DNA from: Adineta vaga
Lineage: Eukaryota; Animalia; Rotifera
Assembly: GCA_021613535.1 (NCBI GenBank)
Contig: CP075493.1
Coordinates: 17,174,001 to 17,238,000, forward strand
DNA: 64,000 nucleotides
Direction: 5' to 3'
Positions 1 to 12,606 of the stretch are shown piece after piece. Below the pieces are notes generated by a model. The model was not told the origin of the DNA. It did not search any database and worked only from the letters and a program-made list of their open reading frames with translations. Position numbers and translations under genes: made by a program. Numbering within the stretch: the stretch's first letter is position 1; each line of letters begins with the position of its first letter.

Positions 1-126
1 AAACAACTTTCAAGAAATATTCTTTTCTTTGTTTTCAAAATTTATTTAATAAAATTTCTACTTACTCCTCTCTTTTAGAGTTGTTTTCATTAGTAAACTA
101 TTCATTGCAGATGTTATAGTGTGTTG

Positions 127-727
127 TTACTCTTTTTCATCATTAATTTCCACCAAATGAACATGGAATGAACCTTTTCGATGTTCTAAAACATTACCTT
201 GAACATGAAAATCAGTTCCCATTGTTAAAATGACTTCATCTTCTTGTTCTTGATCAGTGTAATCTGAGATTTTCTTCCCACTTGATGTTTCAATGAGAAA
301 TATTGTTGAATTTGTTTCATTTCCAAGAAAATCTTTGATCACATGATAACTGAAGATGAACAAGAATTGACGCTCCACCATGTTAATTGTTGATTTTTAG
401 AGAAATTCTCTCCAATATCATTTAAAACACCACGTCAAACATTTTCTCGAACAGTTGGTAAATTGTCAAAGCATCACGATTTTCATCACGTAAAACTTTG
501 TTTAAAACTCGATATAAACTTGTTTCACCCCATTCCATTGTATAAATATAGATGGAAGCAGATTCATCACATGTTAAACCATGTTCCGATGGAAAATGAC
601 AACGTTTTTTTGCTGTTTGCACATAAAAAGGTAGTTGATGAATGTGTAATTGAATTGGTTGTAAAGATTCTTCAAGTGAAACAAGTTTTGCACTTCGATA
701 ACCATAAATAGCTGGAAGTCTTTTGAA
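127..727 (-). pseudogene. NAD(P)+-arginine ADP-ribosyltransferase-like gene, 5'-truncated and frameshifted
   Basis: The reading frame FKRLPAIYGY...HGLTCDESASIYIYTMEWGETSLYRVLNKVLRDENR is followed in another frame by TIFLIETSSGKKISDY..EQEDEVIL (ART E-x-E motif). The frame starts abruptly at a GGGTGTGGGTGTG tract with no ATG. Confidence 0.75.
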
Positions 728-746
728 GGGTGTGGGTGTGGATGTG
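727..746 (+). repeat. Telomere-like G tract at the ART breakpoint
   Basis: AGGGTGTGGGTGTGGATGTG abuts the last recognisable ART codon. Confidence 0.7.
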
Positions 747-1378
747 ATTGTAAATGAATAAATTCAAAGTATTGTTCGATAAAATAATTGATTTGAGCAG
801 AAGTTTGTTCATGATTGGAGATACGAATCGAGGTTATTTGATCAAGTTTCGATGAAATGTATGTTTGACCGATCGAATCAAAATCAGATCGAGATATACA
901 TCAGAAATCAAAGCCATGTATCCGACAATGGTTGGCAAGTATCAAATTAAATCGATAATTAAGTCCGCAAAATTCATGAAAAAGTTCACCCTTTAATAAA
1001 TATTCAAAACATTCCATTGAAGAAATAACTACTGTACATATATGAACTGTTATTGAGTTTTTTCTTCTTTTTTACATGTTACTATGGTAATGACAGAATA
1101 ACAATGAAGAAATCTCAAGCGATAGAGTGCGTCAAAGCAATTTAGTATTGTTAATAGTATGAGTTTTTAGTGGAAATTTCTCCAGAGCTGTGCATAATCA
1201 GTAAATGTGCGGAGCACTCAAATGTTGAAATAAAACATGTATAGAACATAAAAACTGCTCGCTATACATTAACAAACACAGCTTTTGCATAGATGAAGAC
1301 TATATACCAAAACTTCATACTTAATTCATTTGATTATCTTTAAGATGTGTATCAGAGTTCAAATCTTTATACATATCA

Positions 1379-1801
1379 TCAAGATGGATGTATTCTCAGT
1401 ATTTTCCGGCCACATAAATATTCAGTTACCAATATAGTAATAACCGCCAAACTAGCCAGTCCTGCTAATATACCAATTGCAACATTGTATCTCAGGTGTT
1501 GTGATATAGCACCTTTGGTGATTCCAAAAACTAAAATTTTAATCATGGTCGTTCCTGCAACGCAACCGGTTAGGTATAGGGGTTTAGTAGATGAACTGCG
1601 TATGTAAAAGGCTAGACTTACGGAGCCAATATAAGCCAACGCACAAAAAATTAGCAGAACTGCACTAACACTATGCAACCAATTTATACCAGATTCATAT
1701 TGGATATGAATGGAAATTATAATGAAAAGAGTGAGGCCAAGAGATGCCATGTATATGGCAATAAATCTATTTCGACGGTGAAAAGATGAAGTAGAATACA
1801 C
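1379..1801 (-). CDS. Small membrane protein with about 4 TM helices, function unknown
   Basis: 140-aa ORF with four hydrophobic stretches. The true start is uncertain (possibly the internal MASLG). Confidence 0.55.
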   Translation of the reverse strand: MYSTSSFHRRNRFIAIYMASLGLTLFIIISIHIQYESGINWLHSVSAVLLIFCALAYIGSVSLAFYIRSSSTKPLYLTGCVAGTTMIKILVFGITKGAISQHLRYNVAIGILAGLASLAVITILVTEYLCGRKILRIHPS

Positions 1802-2599
1802 TTCACAAATAACTTTTGATTGACTTCGTTAGCTCTTATAGTAAGAAAGCTATGGAATTTGAAATATTTCTCACAAAAAATGAAAACTGACTATAAATTC
1901 AATCTATATTGAGATGCATTCAATAAAAGTCTCTTGGTTTCCTTACAACAAAATGTTTTTCGCTTGGATTCATTTTGTTATGATCAGCTGCAATATCAAC
2001 GCTTTTATCGTATTTTCCATTTTATTTCCGAATACATTGTCAGAAACAGTGTTGTCGATTTTTGGCGTATTTTTCAAGTTTGACTCTCGAGCAAAGAGTT
2101 TACTGTAAAAATATTTCTTTGGCGAACGCGAGATACAACACATTCGAAAATCCTAAACACAATTCAAATTCTCATTTTCATACAGAAATAATATCTCATA
2201 AATACAAAGTTTTTTTGTTTTTGTCACACGTATAATTTATTCAGTTTGACTGATTGAAGGTTCATGATTGAAATTTAGGTATGATTCCGTCGAAAAATTT
2301 TATGGCCGTAGAGATGGATTTATGAGCACATGTTTTATTTAAAAGAAAAATATGTTTTTCTAATCGAGTTAACACTTCTCGGCTACCCTTTATGAATGAA
2401 TGTATCAACGGCAAATATATGACATCATATTGTCGCATGAAAACGCTATTTTGAAGTTTGTTTTTGTATTTATCAAACATTTCGAAACAAAAAAAGAAAT
2501 GTTTTTTAAAGGTGAAATAAAATGTATCAATGTGCTGTATAGTTATGAAGAAAAGCATAGAATGTTTCATTGTTTAGATTTACTGGTCATCGACTATGA

Positions 2600-3519
2600 T
2601 TAAGTAAATCTTTTGCCTCGGAACAAACTACACACGTTTGGTGTTGAAGTTGCCTGTGGTTTACTATATCCATTAATAGTGATAAATCTAGCTACTAGCT
2701 GGTTTTTATAGCGATTGTTTAAATCATTAATAAATGCTTCACCTCCTTGACAAATACCACTATAATCACATTCATTAACTACATCGAGTATTGATGTACG
2801 TTGTAATGGATAAGGTATTTGTGGACATGGATCATTGTTATTTTGATATGGATTTGTTGATGAATAGACAGCTGTAGCAGCGATATTGGGTGTATTTAGT
2901 GCATATAATAATGCCATTGATGCTCTATTACTCCAATCAGATAGAAATATACGAGTATAGTATCAACATGAAGATTTAACATATTATAAATTATATGATT
3001 AATAAAATAATCGATTGTCTGAATGTCGACATTCATGTTTGGATCAGATCGATTGAAGTTTCGATACCAAGTATCCCAAGCAATACAATTAATTATACCG
3101 CATTCGAAATTTTTTGTTATTCGGGCAGCTGGAAGAAGTAAATGATAGCCAATAGATGAACTGTTCGTTGTATTCATCAAATTGACAGTCAATGCTTCTT
3201 TGATAAAGTTTGTGCTATATACTGAAGTTGGATAAACAAATGATGGTTGAAGCCAAACAATGAGAGGCAATGTTTTAGATGAAGATGCGATTAAAAGGCA
3301 TGCACAACGTGCTTCATTATTCTTATCCACAAAAGTCAGTAGTTGTCCCGACATGTTTTGGCACATCTAAACCATTTGATTATAATGGAGCATCAATTTA
3401 CTCGATGAAGCTGGTGAATTGCCATACTTTGTACAATTTGTTGAACTTCCGTTCGATCGAGTGAAAATAATTGAAAGATAAAAAAGAAAAAATAACAATA
3501 CGGATAGTATTGATCTCAT
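2600..3519 (-). pseudogene. Degraded secreted alpha/beta-hydrolase (bacterial esterase/PHB-depolymerase-like)
   Basis: Signal-peptide-like start (MRSILSVLLFFLF), LPLIVWLQP, WDTWYRN, D..TIDYFI, and a decayed nucleophile elbow (DWSNRASMALLY, read across a frameshift). Split over several frames; no introns recognised. Confidence 0.55.
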
Positions 3520-3982
3520 CAGATATAATAGTACTAATAAAGTACAAATGAAAGTTGAGAAAATATATATGATTTTATATCAAAAACATGTACAAATGAA
3601 TATATACCCTATATTATATGACTCAGAAGCGCTGATTTTATAATGAGAACAGTTAATGATCAATAATGTTTATTAACTTTTATTTCATAACTTAATTCTT
3701 ACTCATATTTATTTTTATATTCAAAAATGTACATCAATTACAGCGCAATTTTTCGTCAATTTACATATGAAACAATATAAAATGGGTGTGACAAAAGCAA
3801 AAGCGAAATAATGATCTTTTTTATCTGAAGTGACTTTTCGTACTTTACTATTTTACCACATTTTTGAGTTCTTGCAAAAGTCCCCAAAAGCATTTAGCAT
3901 CCTGCTGATTTGACATATATGTATGAGGATACCTATATATTATATATAATATTCTTAAGATTAATTCATGCGTTGGAATTAA

Positions 3983-4700
3983 CGGCGTAACCAGAAATTT
4001 CAGAGTGGTGGGGCTCAGTCCCCATGCTATGTATACTTTTAGTGATATTAAACGACTAATCTAGTTTTTGACATTTTTCTGTCGCGAGGATCAGACTGAT
4101 ACGCCATTTTGATAACAAAGTTACATCCTCTTATGCTTAGCATGTTCTGAGAATTGGTGCGGAAAATCACAAGGATGTCTCATATACTTATATAATTTTA
4201 AAAGAAAACATGTTGGATTCTGAATTAACTCTTTTTTTAGTTAAGTTAATGCTTAAAAACCAAATGCGCTTCTATAAGTCTCTTCGGAATATTTGCCCAG
4301 GTGTATTTCTTTAGAAAAAACACATTATGTTCAAGACAAGACTAAAAAAGACCTAATTGATGCTTCAAAGGTTACATTACTAAATTTTTGAACACTGTAT
4401 TAAAGTACATTTAGAAATCTATAAGGTGATTGATCTCAATGAATGATCAACTCATGTATACATGCAAAAAATATTCTAAAAACAAGGAAATAAGATAATT
4501 TTTATTTCAGTATAATCTGACAACTGTTTTGAACGTCTTCCTTCCTAAATAAGTTCAATATTATGTTCAACAGAAATTAAAGAAATGTTACTCAATCGAT
4601 CATCAGTCGTTCTGTCTCTAATTGTTGTTCTGATCATTTCCCTTTCCGAGAACGTTCTTTTCACATATCTACAACGACACTAATTTCACTTCAAAACGAT
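3983..4700 (-). mobile_element. hAT transposon relic (dimerisation-domain fragment plus TIR-like end)
   Basis: The minus strand at about 4545-4660 reads RTFSEREMIRTTIRDRTTDDRLSNISLISVEHNIEL, like the hAT C-terminal dimerisation motif. GGCGTAACCAGAAATTT near 3984 resembles a hAT terminus. Confidence 0.45.
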
Positions 4701-7700
4701 TTACGCAAGAACAGACATTCATTTGTCAAATTTCATTCACCGTATTAAAATTTGGATGGGAATGATGTATTTCGGTTCGATTCGATCGATTTGAATGAAA
4801 ATCCCCTCGATCCGGTTCGGTTTGATTTTGCAAAATTACGAACCGATCCCATCACTGATTTTTGATACACTATTATCTTGAGATTGTAAGATAACTTCTT
4901 TTAATCGTTGTGATTGCATGAATGTATATTCTTGTTTATAGATAACTTTTGAATCTGATGACATGACTTCAAATTTTTTTAGAGTTTCTATTCGTCGAAG
5001 ATCAAAATTATAGGATATCTAATTAACTCATTCGTTTCTGTACAGATACCTTGAATTTTTCGTCAATATCATCATTGAACAAATGTACCATATATATAGT
5101 TGAAATAGATGGAAGTTCTTGAGTACGTTTAAGCACATTTACATTGATTAAATTCGAAACAATGAATATAGTATAGAGTTTTCTTACATTATAGTAATAT
5201 GATCGAAATACACATCAAAATTACTAAATATTTCAATATTGTTAGTTAGTATTTGTACTTGTTTGATTATTTCTATTGTAGATGAATCAATAGCTAATGC
5301 AATAAGAAGAACACTGAAATTTTGAAAAGGAAAACAAAAGAATAGTATTTGAAAAATCATCATCATCCAAAAAGTGTCACGTCTTGATATGCAGAATCTT
5401 CGGGATGTTTAATATCTTTATTATTTAAAGATATTGTAGATATATATCAAAGAGAGAGAGAGAGAGAAGAGAAGACAAAAAGTATAAAACATCCCGACTA
5501 CCGCATTTAGTATAAGCTTAGCTTTGATATACGAGAAATATTGAAAAATGCAATGAATGACTGTACTACTGTCAGATCGAAAAATGGCTTAAATATTAGA
5601 ATACTTAGATCCTACCACTTGAACATCATTCCAAGTCAAGTGTAATGATGCGCGATCATTCGAACTCTTAGTGCGCTATTGTTTATATAAAATCCCTCGG
5701 TTAATATGTGTGAATTATAAGAAATAAGTTATACTGTACTAGAACACATTATAATAGTTTCTTAAACAGAACATCAAGTGATATGTAATGTGTGTAATTC
5801 AGCGTTAGTTTTGTGCTAATGGCGAACAGAAAAATTAAAACTAACTGTCTCTCAAAAATCTCGTGTGACACGAACCAGTTTAATATTCGTCATGTACATA
5901 CTGCGTACTGTAAATGTTAACAAGTGTGAAAATTCAAATGACAGGACATTGGCCAGTTATAGTTCATTTTCTGTCCATAGGTGGCACGAGAAACTAGTAA
6001 TTTCACCCTAGTATATGCAGTATCTCGGGATAGGCTAATGATAAATTCCTTATTTTCTTTTTGTGTAATAATGAGCATCTACTAGAGTAGCATACTCAGA
6101 AATTTTCATAAAGATTGATCAAGAGGAAGTGGAGTTATTCACGTTTTACTAATAGAACTACGAATGGTACAATAATTTTGTAATTCATCCATATATGTGA
6201 ATACAGCTGACGTAATCACAACAAGCAAAGAAAAATAACATTATTTTCCAGCACATGGAGGTTGAAGAACATTTTGAGCAAATTGATTAGCAAAATTTTC
6301 AGCAGGAAAATAATTGGCAACAACATCACATGTAGTACCAGCTGGTGTACAACAAATACCAATACCAAAAATTGTAGTTGATTTCCAAACTAATTAAGTG
6401 AAATGTCCTGTCGATGAGGAAAAGCCAGGTGATGACCAATTGTAACTATTTATTTCATTATACCATGCAGTAACTGGATCTGAACCTGAAATATATGATA
6501 TATCAATTAAGTAAATCGTTTGTTTATTCTTCTTAAACTATATATTTACCATTAATATTGACTATATTAATTACACTTGGTGAAGATATTTGCCATATAT
6601 TTTCACCTAATGATTGTCCTTGATATGTATTACCACTATGTGCAAAAGAGTTTGTATTGCATAATTGTTGAACATAACTTTGTGCAATTGATCTTAAATT
6701 ATTATCTATTGATAAAGCAGAAGTACATTGACTTGCACGATATATATTTGTCTGTGCTAATGCTTGTTGTTCAAATAGACTATATGCCACTGAAGTTGTA
6801 GTTGCATTCAAAGCATTTGTTGATGTTACACCTATGATGAGAATAAAAAATTTACAGAAGATGACTATCTCATACATTACGTCAATGATGATTTCAACTT
6901 AGAACTAATTATTTTTTTACTTTCATTGATTTTTCTTTTTATAATAAAGTATAACTGAATCGTGATATGATCAGTAAAATTCTATCTGTCGCAACTATTT
7001 TTGTTTTATTTCTGTACTTTCTTTTTTTTAGAAAATAAGAAATTCATTGTTATTTTTCTTTTCGTACCGATATTCTTATAAAATAGTTGAGTTCTATTGT
7101 TCTGACTAGTTATTAACTCATGAAACTATTTACCTGCCGGCGTACTTGAAACATTGGTCGAAGACAATGACAATGAACAACTGACGGCTGATTTGCATAT
7201 TATAACATTAGTAGTAACCGTTTGTCCATCGGAAAATGTTAATGTTAAAGGAAAATCAGTGGTATGAGTATTCATAAGATTTTGAATATTATCAAAAAAA
7301 CTTTCCTTGCAAACTTTTGATATACCGCACGATATCGGATAAACAATAGCAATTGTAATGTAATTATTTGCAAACGTTCCATTCACTGCTTTTTGATTAC
7401 ATTGAGGCCTCAATAAAATATTTGAAAGGAATTATTACATCTCATTTTAGAAAGGATATACTTACGTCTGACGTTTGCTGTATTGACGACCAGTACTTGA
7501 ACTACTGCTATCAAGCTCAACTCTATAGACATGTACTGAATCAAATGACAAACCAATAGCTGATTCTAACTGGAATTTTACAAATTTTATAGATAATAAA
7601 ATAGATATATCGGAATATAAAATGTCTTGAAAAGTGTTCTATCAACGAGAAAATTGAATATCTTCATCATATGTTTACAAAAGAAATTCTATTGAACTTT

Positions 7701-7730
7701 TCTTCTTTTCTATTGTTATTGACTATGAAA

Positions 7731-9911
7731 GGATTGGTGAACGATGAGCACAAGGAACGATGAGCGCGGAACGATGAGCACGGAACGATAAGCACAGAAT
7801 CGATGAGCACAAGGAACGATGAGCACACGAAGTTTGAGCGACATCAATTATGAGCACAAACAAAAAACAAGTAAGAATTTTATTATATAATCAATAAATA
7901 AGCGATACATAGAAGCAAACAAATTTTTCAAGAACTACAGAATAATGTTATGTGCTATTGAGTCGATTTGAGTATCAATATTTGAATGAGGAGTTGAAAT
8001 TAAATTTAATAAACGTGCTTCGAAATGTTGATGTTTCTTCTTAATTTTCGGCGGTTGACCAGCTTTAACTTGTAAAATATCAGCATGAGTATTACTTTCT
8101 TCATCGATTAACTTCTCCAAAAATATCCATAGAGTTGGATGTGCACATTGAAACACAGATCCAATGCGACGGTGATAAGCTTCAGCGGAATTGTTGGTGC
8201 GCATTGATGACTGAGTTGTACGCCCATGCATGTTCCAAAAATCTATCTCAAACATAGGTTTACGTCGCGTATTATTTGGTCGAAGTCGACCTAAAAAACA
8301 ATTTGCTTATGGTTAAATGGAAAGACAAAATGCTTACCAATATATGTTTCTTCAACATAGTCAATCATGTCTTGATACTCGTCACCAAGAGTTAATGATA
8401 ATGTTTCAAATCCTTTAACTACATCATTTAATTCCAAGAATGCTAATGCATCAATTTTATGTATATTATGAGCAAAAGTGGAGTTGGTTTGATATTCATT
8501 CTGTTGTCCTAATGACTAAATTAAGAGGATTAATCAAAGTATTAGTTTTTATAATAAATCATATTTACTTGTAATTTACGATGAATGCTTTGTTTCAGAT
8601 GGAAATAACAACCAGATAATTGTGCATTTGGAAAAATTTTATGGTACGCGTTAACACAGGCTTTTTCATAATCAATCATCATTGTTTCAGGTGACCATCT
8701 CGATGCAAATTTCAGAATTTCAGTAAATAATCTTTCATATGTTTGTGCATCTTTTCGTCGTAATAAAGCATAGCAAACAGGTATAACATGATCTCTGTAA
8801 ACCGCATGTATAATATATAATTGATAAAATATCTCTGGCACAACTTTAAAAGTACCATCTGACATAAAATGTTCTGCATTCTCTAGAATTCCAACCTGTT
8901 CATTACTTGCGAAGATTAAAATTCTGTCTTCGCCTAGATAAAAAAAAGCAAACAAAGATATAACATATCAATCAAGATATCAAAGGTGTACCTGGACCAG
9001 TATCACAACGCAAGAATCGACTGTCCCGTTGAGTACTGCTCAATGTAAGTGGAATTGAAACAAAATTAGGATCATTTGGCACAGCTGCATAATCATTTTT
9101 TGCACGTATTTTTCTAATTCGGCGTTTTATGTGGTCACGAACAGGTAGACGACTAATTGCTTGATCAGACATGCCTGATGAAAAAAAAGCAATCACAATT
9201 TTTCAACTAGAAAAGATATTGTTACCTTTAATACAATTAGTGATGATGATCTCTGGTGTTTCTTGTGTATTCTTGGCGCGATCGATCAATTGTTGCTCGA
9301 ATCTTCGAATTTCAACTGTAATAGCATCGAATCGGCAGGAATGTTCAGTTGGTTCTTTTTTAATATTATTGGTAAAAATACATGTATGTAAACGGGAACG
9401 GCAATGTTGTGTCGAATATCTGCTACAGCGCCAGTAAATTTTATCATCTCTTCGTCTATCTTGAACGTAAGAGTAACCCATATAATTCAGAAGTGGTTTT
9501 CTTTTTGTTGTTCCACGAGTAGTTATTGTTGCCATATTCGAGAAAAGTAAATGAGTAATACGAAAAAAATGCTCTGTCTTTTTCCTCTTATAAGGAAATT
9601 TTTGTCTTATTTGTGAGAAATGAGATTAGTACTCATAATTAGATTAAATTAATTAGTTATCGGATTAAAGCCGAGAGATAATCTTGTCAAGATAATATCA
9701 ATTGACTCTTGCATAAAAATTAGACATATCTAATTAATGTGCTCAACTTTCCTTGTGCTTAACTTTCCCGTGCTCATCTTTCCTTGTGCTTATCGATTCT
9801 GTGCTTATCATTCCGTGTGCTTAACGTTCCGCGCTTATCGTTCCATGTGCTCAACGTTCCGTGCTCATCGTTCCGTGCTCATCGTTCCTTGTGCTCATCG
9901 TTCCGATTCCC
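7731..9911 (-). mobile_element. Mutator-like (MULE) DNA transposon, apparently intact
   Basis: Perfect 9-bp TSD ACTATGAAA at 7722-7730 and 9912-9920. The inverted termini are built from GGAACGATGAGCAC units, and an internal transposase gene is present. Confidence 0.95.
7935..9535 (-). CDS. FLYWCH zinc finger + MULE DDE transposase, 5 exons
   Basis: Motifs GYSY..KIYWRC..C..RLHT..H, MSDGTFKVVP..FYQLYIIH, MIDYEKA, GCYFHLKQ and RTNNSAEAYHR. Four GT-AG introns (9225-9175, 8991-8934, 8568-8516, about 8337-8291) join the ORFs without stops. Confidence 0.9.
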
Positions 9912-10688
9912 ACTATGAAAATAAGAAAAGTTTTTTTCTTTTTTTGATATTATAACTCTTAAACTATATATATATAAATACTTGTCGAGCAACATTATTT
10001 GTATTTGTGATATTTGCATTAAGATAGGAAGCATAAATGTCTGTAATCAAATCCGATTCTGAAACATATATATGAAAACAACACAAAATAAACGTACTAT
10101 ATTTTATCTTTTTATTGCAGATTGCATTTCTTTCATCAGAAAATTGACGAAAACAAATATTTTTATTCTCACCTTTTGCTTCATCAGTTGGTGTGTTTGA
10201 TGCAGTATTGTCAAAAAACGCAGGGATTAAAGAAACGACAGTTACAATTGAAAATAACAATAGACCCAAACAAATAATTATTCCAAGATCCTTCATCACT
10301 TGTTATGTTCCTAATATGTTCTGAAAAAGAAAAAAAAGCATTTAAATGTTAGTTTTAATGAGTATACATAAAAGTGGCTATTGATAGTACGAAGATTCTG
10401 GCATTGTATCACGTTGTCTGCCGAAATCAGACATATATTTTTGTAGGGTTTCAATAAAAATATGAACTTTGACTATAAAATAAATATTTTTGCCGTGATA
10501 TATATATATATATATATATTACAATTAGATGTTAATTAACAAGTAATATGAATGCGTCAATGGCTGTTATCGGAAGAAAATATGTAATTACTTATTGTTT
10601 GATAGTCATTGATGTAATCAAGTACTTTTTTCTATACAAAAGTACATATTTATCAGTTGATAGAAACAGTAACAATCTATATAATGAT

Positions 10689-10751
10689 CAGAATGGGTGT
10701 GGAGTGTTGGCGAATAAGGGTCTTTTGATGATTTATACCCACATTCTCATC
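10689..10751. repeat. Degenerate inverted telomeric cassette
   Basis: GAATGGGTGTGG ... TATACCCACATTCTC, immediately followed by an orphan ORF tail (DEHCQIIRSDPSRAWEC...SE*). Confidence 0.5.
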
Positions 10752-11987
10752 TGATGAACATTGTCAAATCATTCGAAGTGATCCATCGAGGGCATGGGAA
10801 TGTAGTGCTAATTTGGAAATTTGTAATATAGATTGGTCTGAGCATTCAGATGGATCTTTGTCTCCTCGATCAGAATAGTAAAAATAGACTTAACTTTACT
10901 ACTTTAAAATATTATACTTGTTTTAATTTCTCTTCTTTGCGTTGTCTTTATTAAAAATAATTATACACTAGATTTATCTTATCATTTGAAAATGTCCAAA
11001 AGTGGCAGCTAATAGAAGAATTAATTACTCTCATTCATTTTCTCTTAATAAAATAATCTTTTGCAGTAAATAATGCATGATTGATGAATGAAATCAATCT
11101 GGGTCTGGGTGTATTCGCTATCGATGAAATTTTAACCCCGAGGTATAATGGCTTTGTAGATAGGAACTGAAGTTGAGATAGAGTTGGAGCGAGATCTGTA
11201 CGAGAAAGAATGGTTTTTTGCAGAGGGAATTATATAAGAAGATCTTGCAGTGGTAACTGTTAGGAGACGAATGAATTTGGAATGCTACATTAGATATGCG
11301 CGACAGGATATGTTGTGGTATAAATGGAGAATTTCAAATAAAAGCCTCTGTGCGTTTTCTGACACGAAGTTTTCAGTCTGGAAGGTTCTTGGCCATCATC
11401 GAGTACCTCCGCTAGTAGAGTATAAAAATGATGAATTTTTTGTCATGTTTCGATGAAAAGATACGTTCGTACTGTTCAGATTTCTCTGGAAAGTACATAG
11501 AGCGATAGAGTATGAGACGGCACACTTTTTGATGGGAAAAACAATTTTGTTTACGTAAGCTTTCGAAGCGAATGGTACCTCCGAAAGTCGTCCACTCAAT
11601 ATAAGAACTATGCTTAATCGCTTTCTTTTCTGTAATACCAATGTATTGTTATTTAAGTGGAGCAGATCGAAAGTTATTATTAAAATAAAATAAACCTTCA
11701 TGTTTAACATTTAAAAATGTGGCAATATCTTCATAATTTGGTACTGGAACACTTAAACCAACTAAACGAACAACTTCTTGAATTATTTTAATGGTACGAA
11801 TAATTCGTACGATGATCACTTCAAGAATTAGATCACGATCAGAATGTAAAAGATGTATTTCATCAAAAATAATTAAATGAATAGATAAATGTTCATCGCC
11901 TTTACAAGTGATTATATCCCATTGATCAGGTGTACAAACGATTAATTGACTTTTATTGATTTGTTCACGAGTTATTTGATAACCTCT

Positions 11988-12039
11988 AGGGTGTGGGTGT
12001 GGCTAATACACTTCTCTTCATCTACACCCATCCACCCTT
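11988..12039. repeat. Inverted telomeric cassette
   Basis: AGGGTGTGGGTGTGG-spacer-CTACACCCATCCACCCT. Confidence 0.8.
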
Positions 12040-12534
12040 GCTAATGCAGCAAGTTGTTCATTTGCATTATTTGGTACAATTTCAGAAAAACATTTTGATG
12101 ATGAATTTAATACGAATGTTAAAGGAGTTTTCTTTACAATTCAAAAAGCATTACCACTTTTAGTTGATGGAGCTTCTGTTATTCTTAATGGATCAAATTC
12201 TTCAAATAAAGGTGATCCTGAATTAACTGTTTATTGTGCAACAAAAGCTGCTTTACGTTCTTTTGCATGTTGCATGACTGTGGATTTAAAAGAACGAAAA
12301 ATTCGAGTTATTACATTAAGTCCAGGTGCACTTGATACACCTTTTTTAAGAACAATGGGTGGAAATGAACAAGAAATAGAAAAGAATCTTTTCATGTGGC
12401 AAGCAGCAACACCAATGAATCGTCTTGGAACACCTGATGAAGTTGCTAAAGCTGTTGTTTTTCTCGCCTCAGATGATAGTAGTTATATTACTGGAATTGA
12501 ATTATTTGTTGATGAAGGTTTATCACAAATTTAA
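12040..12534 (+). pseudogene. Short-chain dehydrogenase/reductase, bacterial-type, lacking the N-terminal Rossmann motif
   Basis: Open frame from 12040: ANAA..FNTNVKGVFFTIQKALPLL..YCATK (YxxxK)..IRVITLSPG..RLGTPDEVAKAVVFLASDDSSYITG. No TGxxxGIG upstream; the frame begins right after the telomeric cassette. Confidence 0.85.
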
Positions 12535-12606
12535 TTATCTCTCTTAAACATATAATAGAATTCAATGTCATTTATTCGTCTTTATTAAAATAAAAATATA
12601 TTCGTA

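Larger units (their letters stand above)
6241..10320 (-). pseudogene. Membrane-anchored CAP/SCP (GAPR-1/PR-1-like) domain gene with a premature stop and a MULE in one intron
   Basis: Exons splice in frame: TM exon (about 10320-10172), ...NNVARQ (to about 9981), LESAIG...KRQT (about 7570-7467), PQCNQK...PAG (about 7407-7133), ...FAHSG..LGENIW (about 6831-6550), and DPVTAWYNEI..GHFT*LVWKST..GIG..VVANYFPA. The TAA at 6394-6396 replaces Q of the conserved GHFTQ motif. Confidence 0.8.

Noticed and set aside
7741-7860. Regular GGAACGATGAGCAC repeats as a CRISPR array
   Set aside because: There are no unique spacers. The units are mirrored at 9738-9905 and bounded by a 9-bp TSD, so they are MULE terminal repeats.
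9737-9955. 72-aa repetitive ORF, and other short antisense ORFs overlapping real genes
   Set aside because: These are translations of TIR repeats or shadow frames.
11142-11710. Possible gene remnant ending at a degenerate cassette (11101-11141)
   Set aside because: Composition is coding-like, but no family motif was recognised and the cassette is too degenerate to count as firm evidence.
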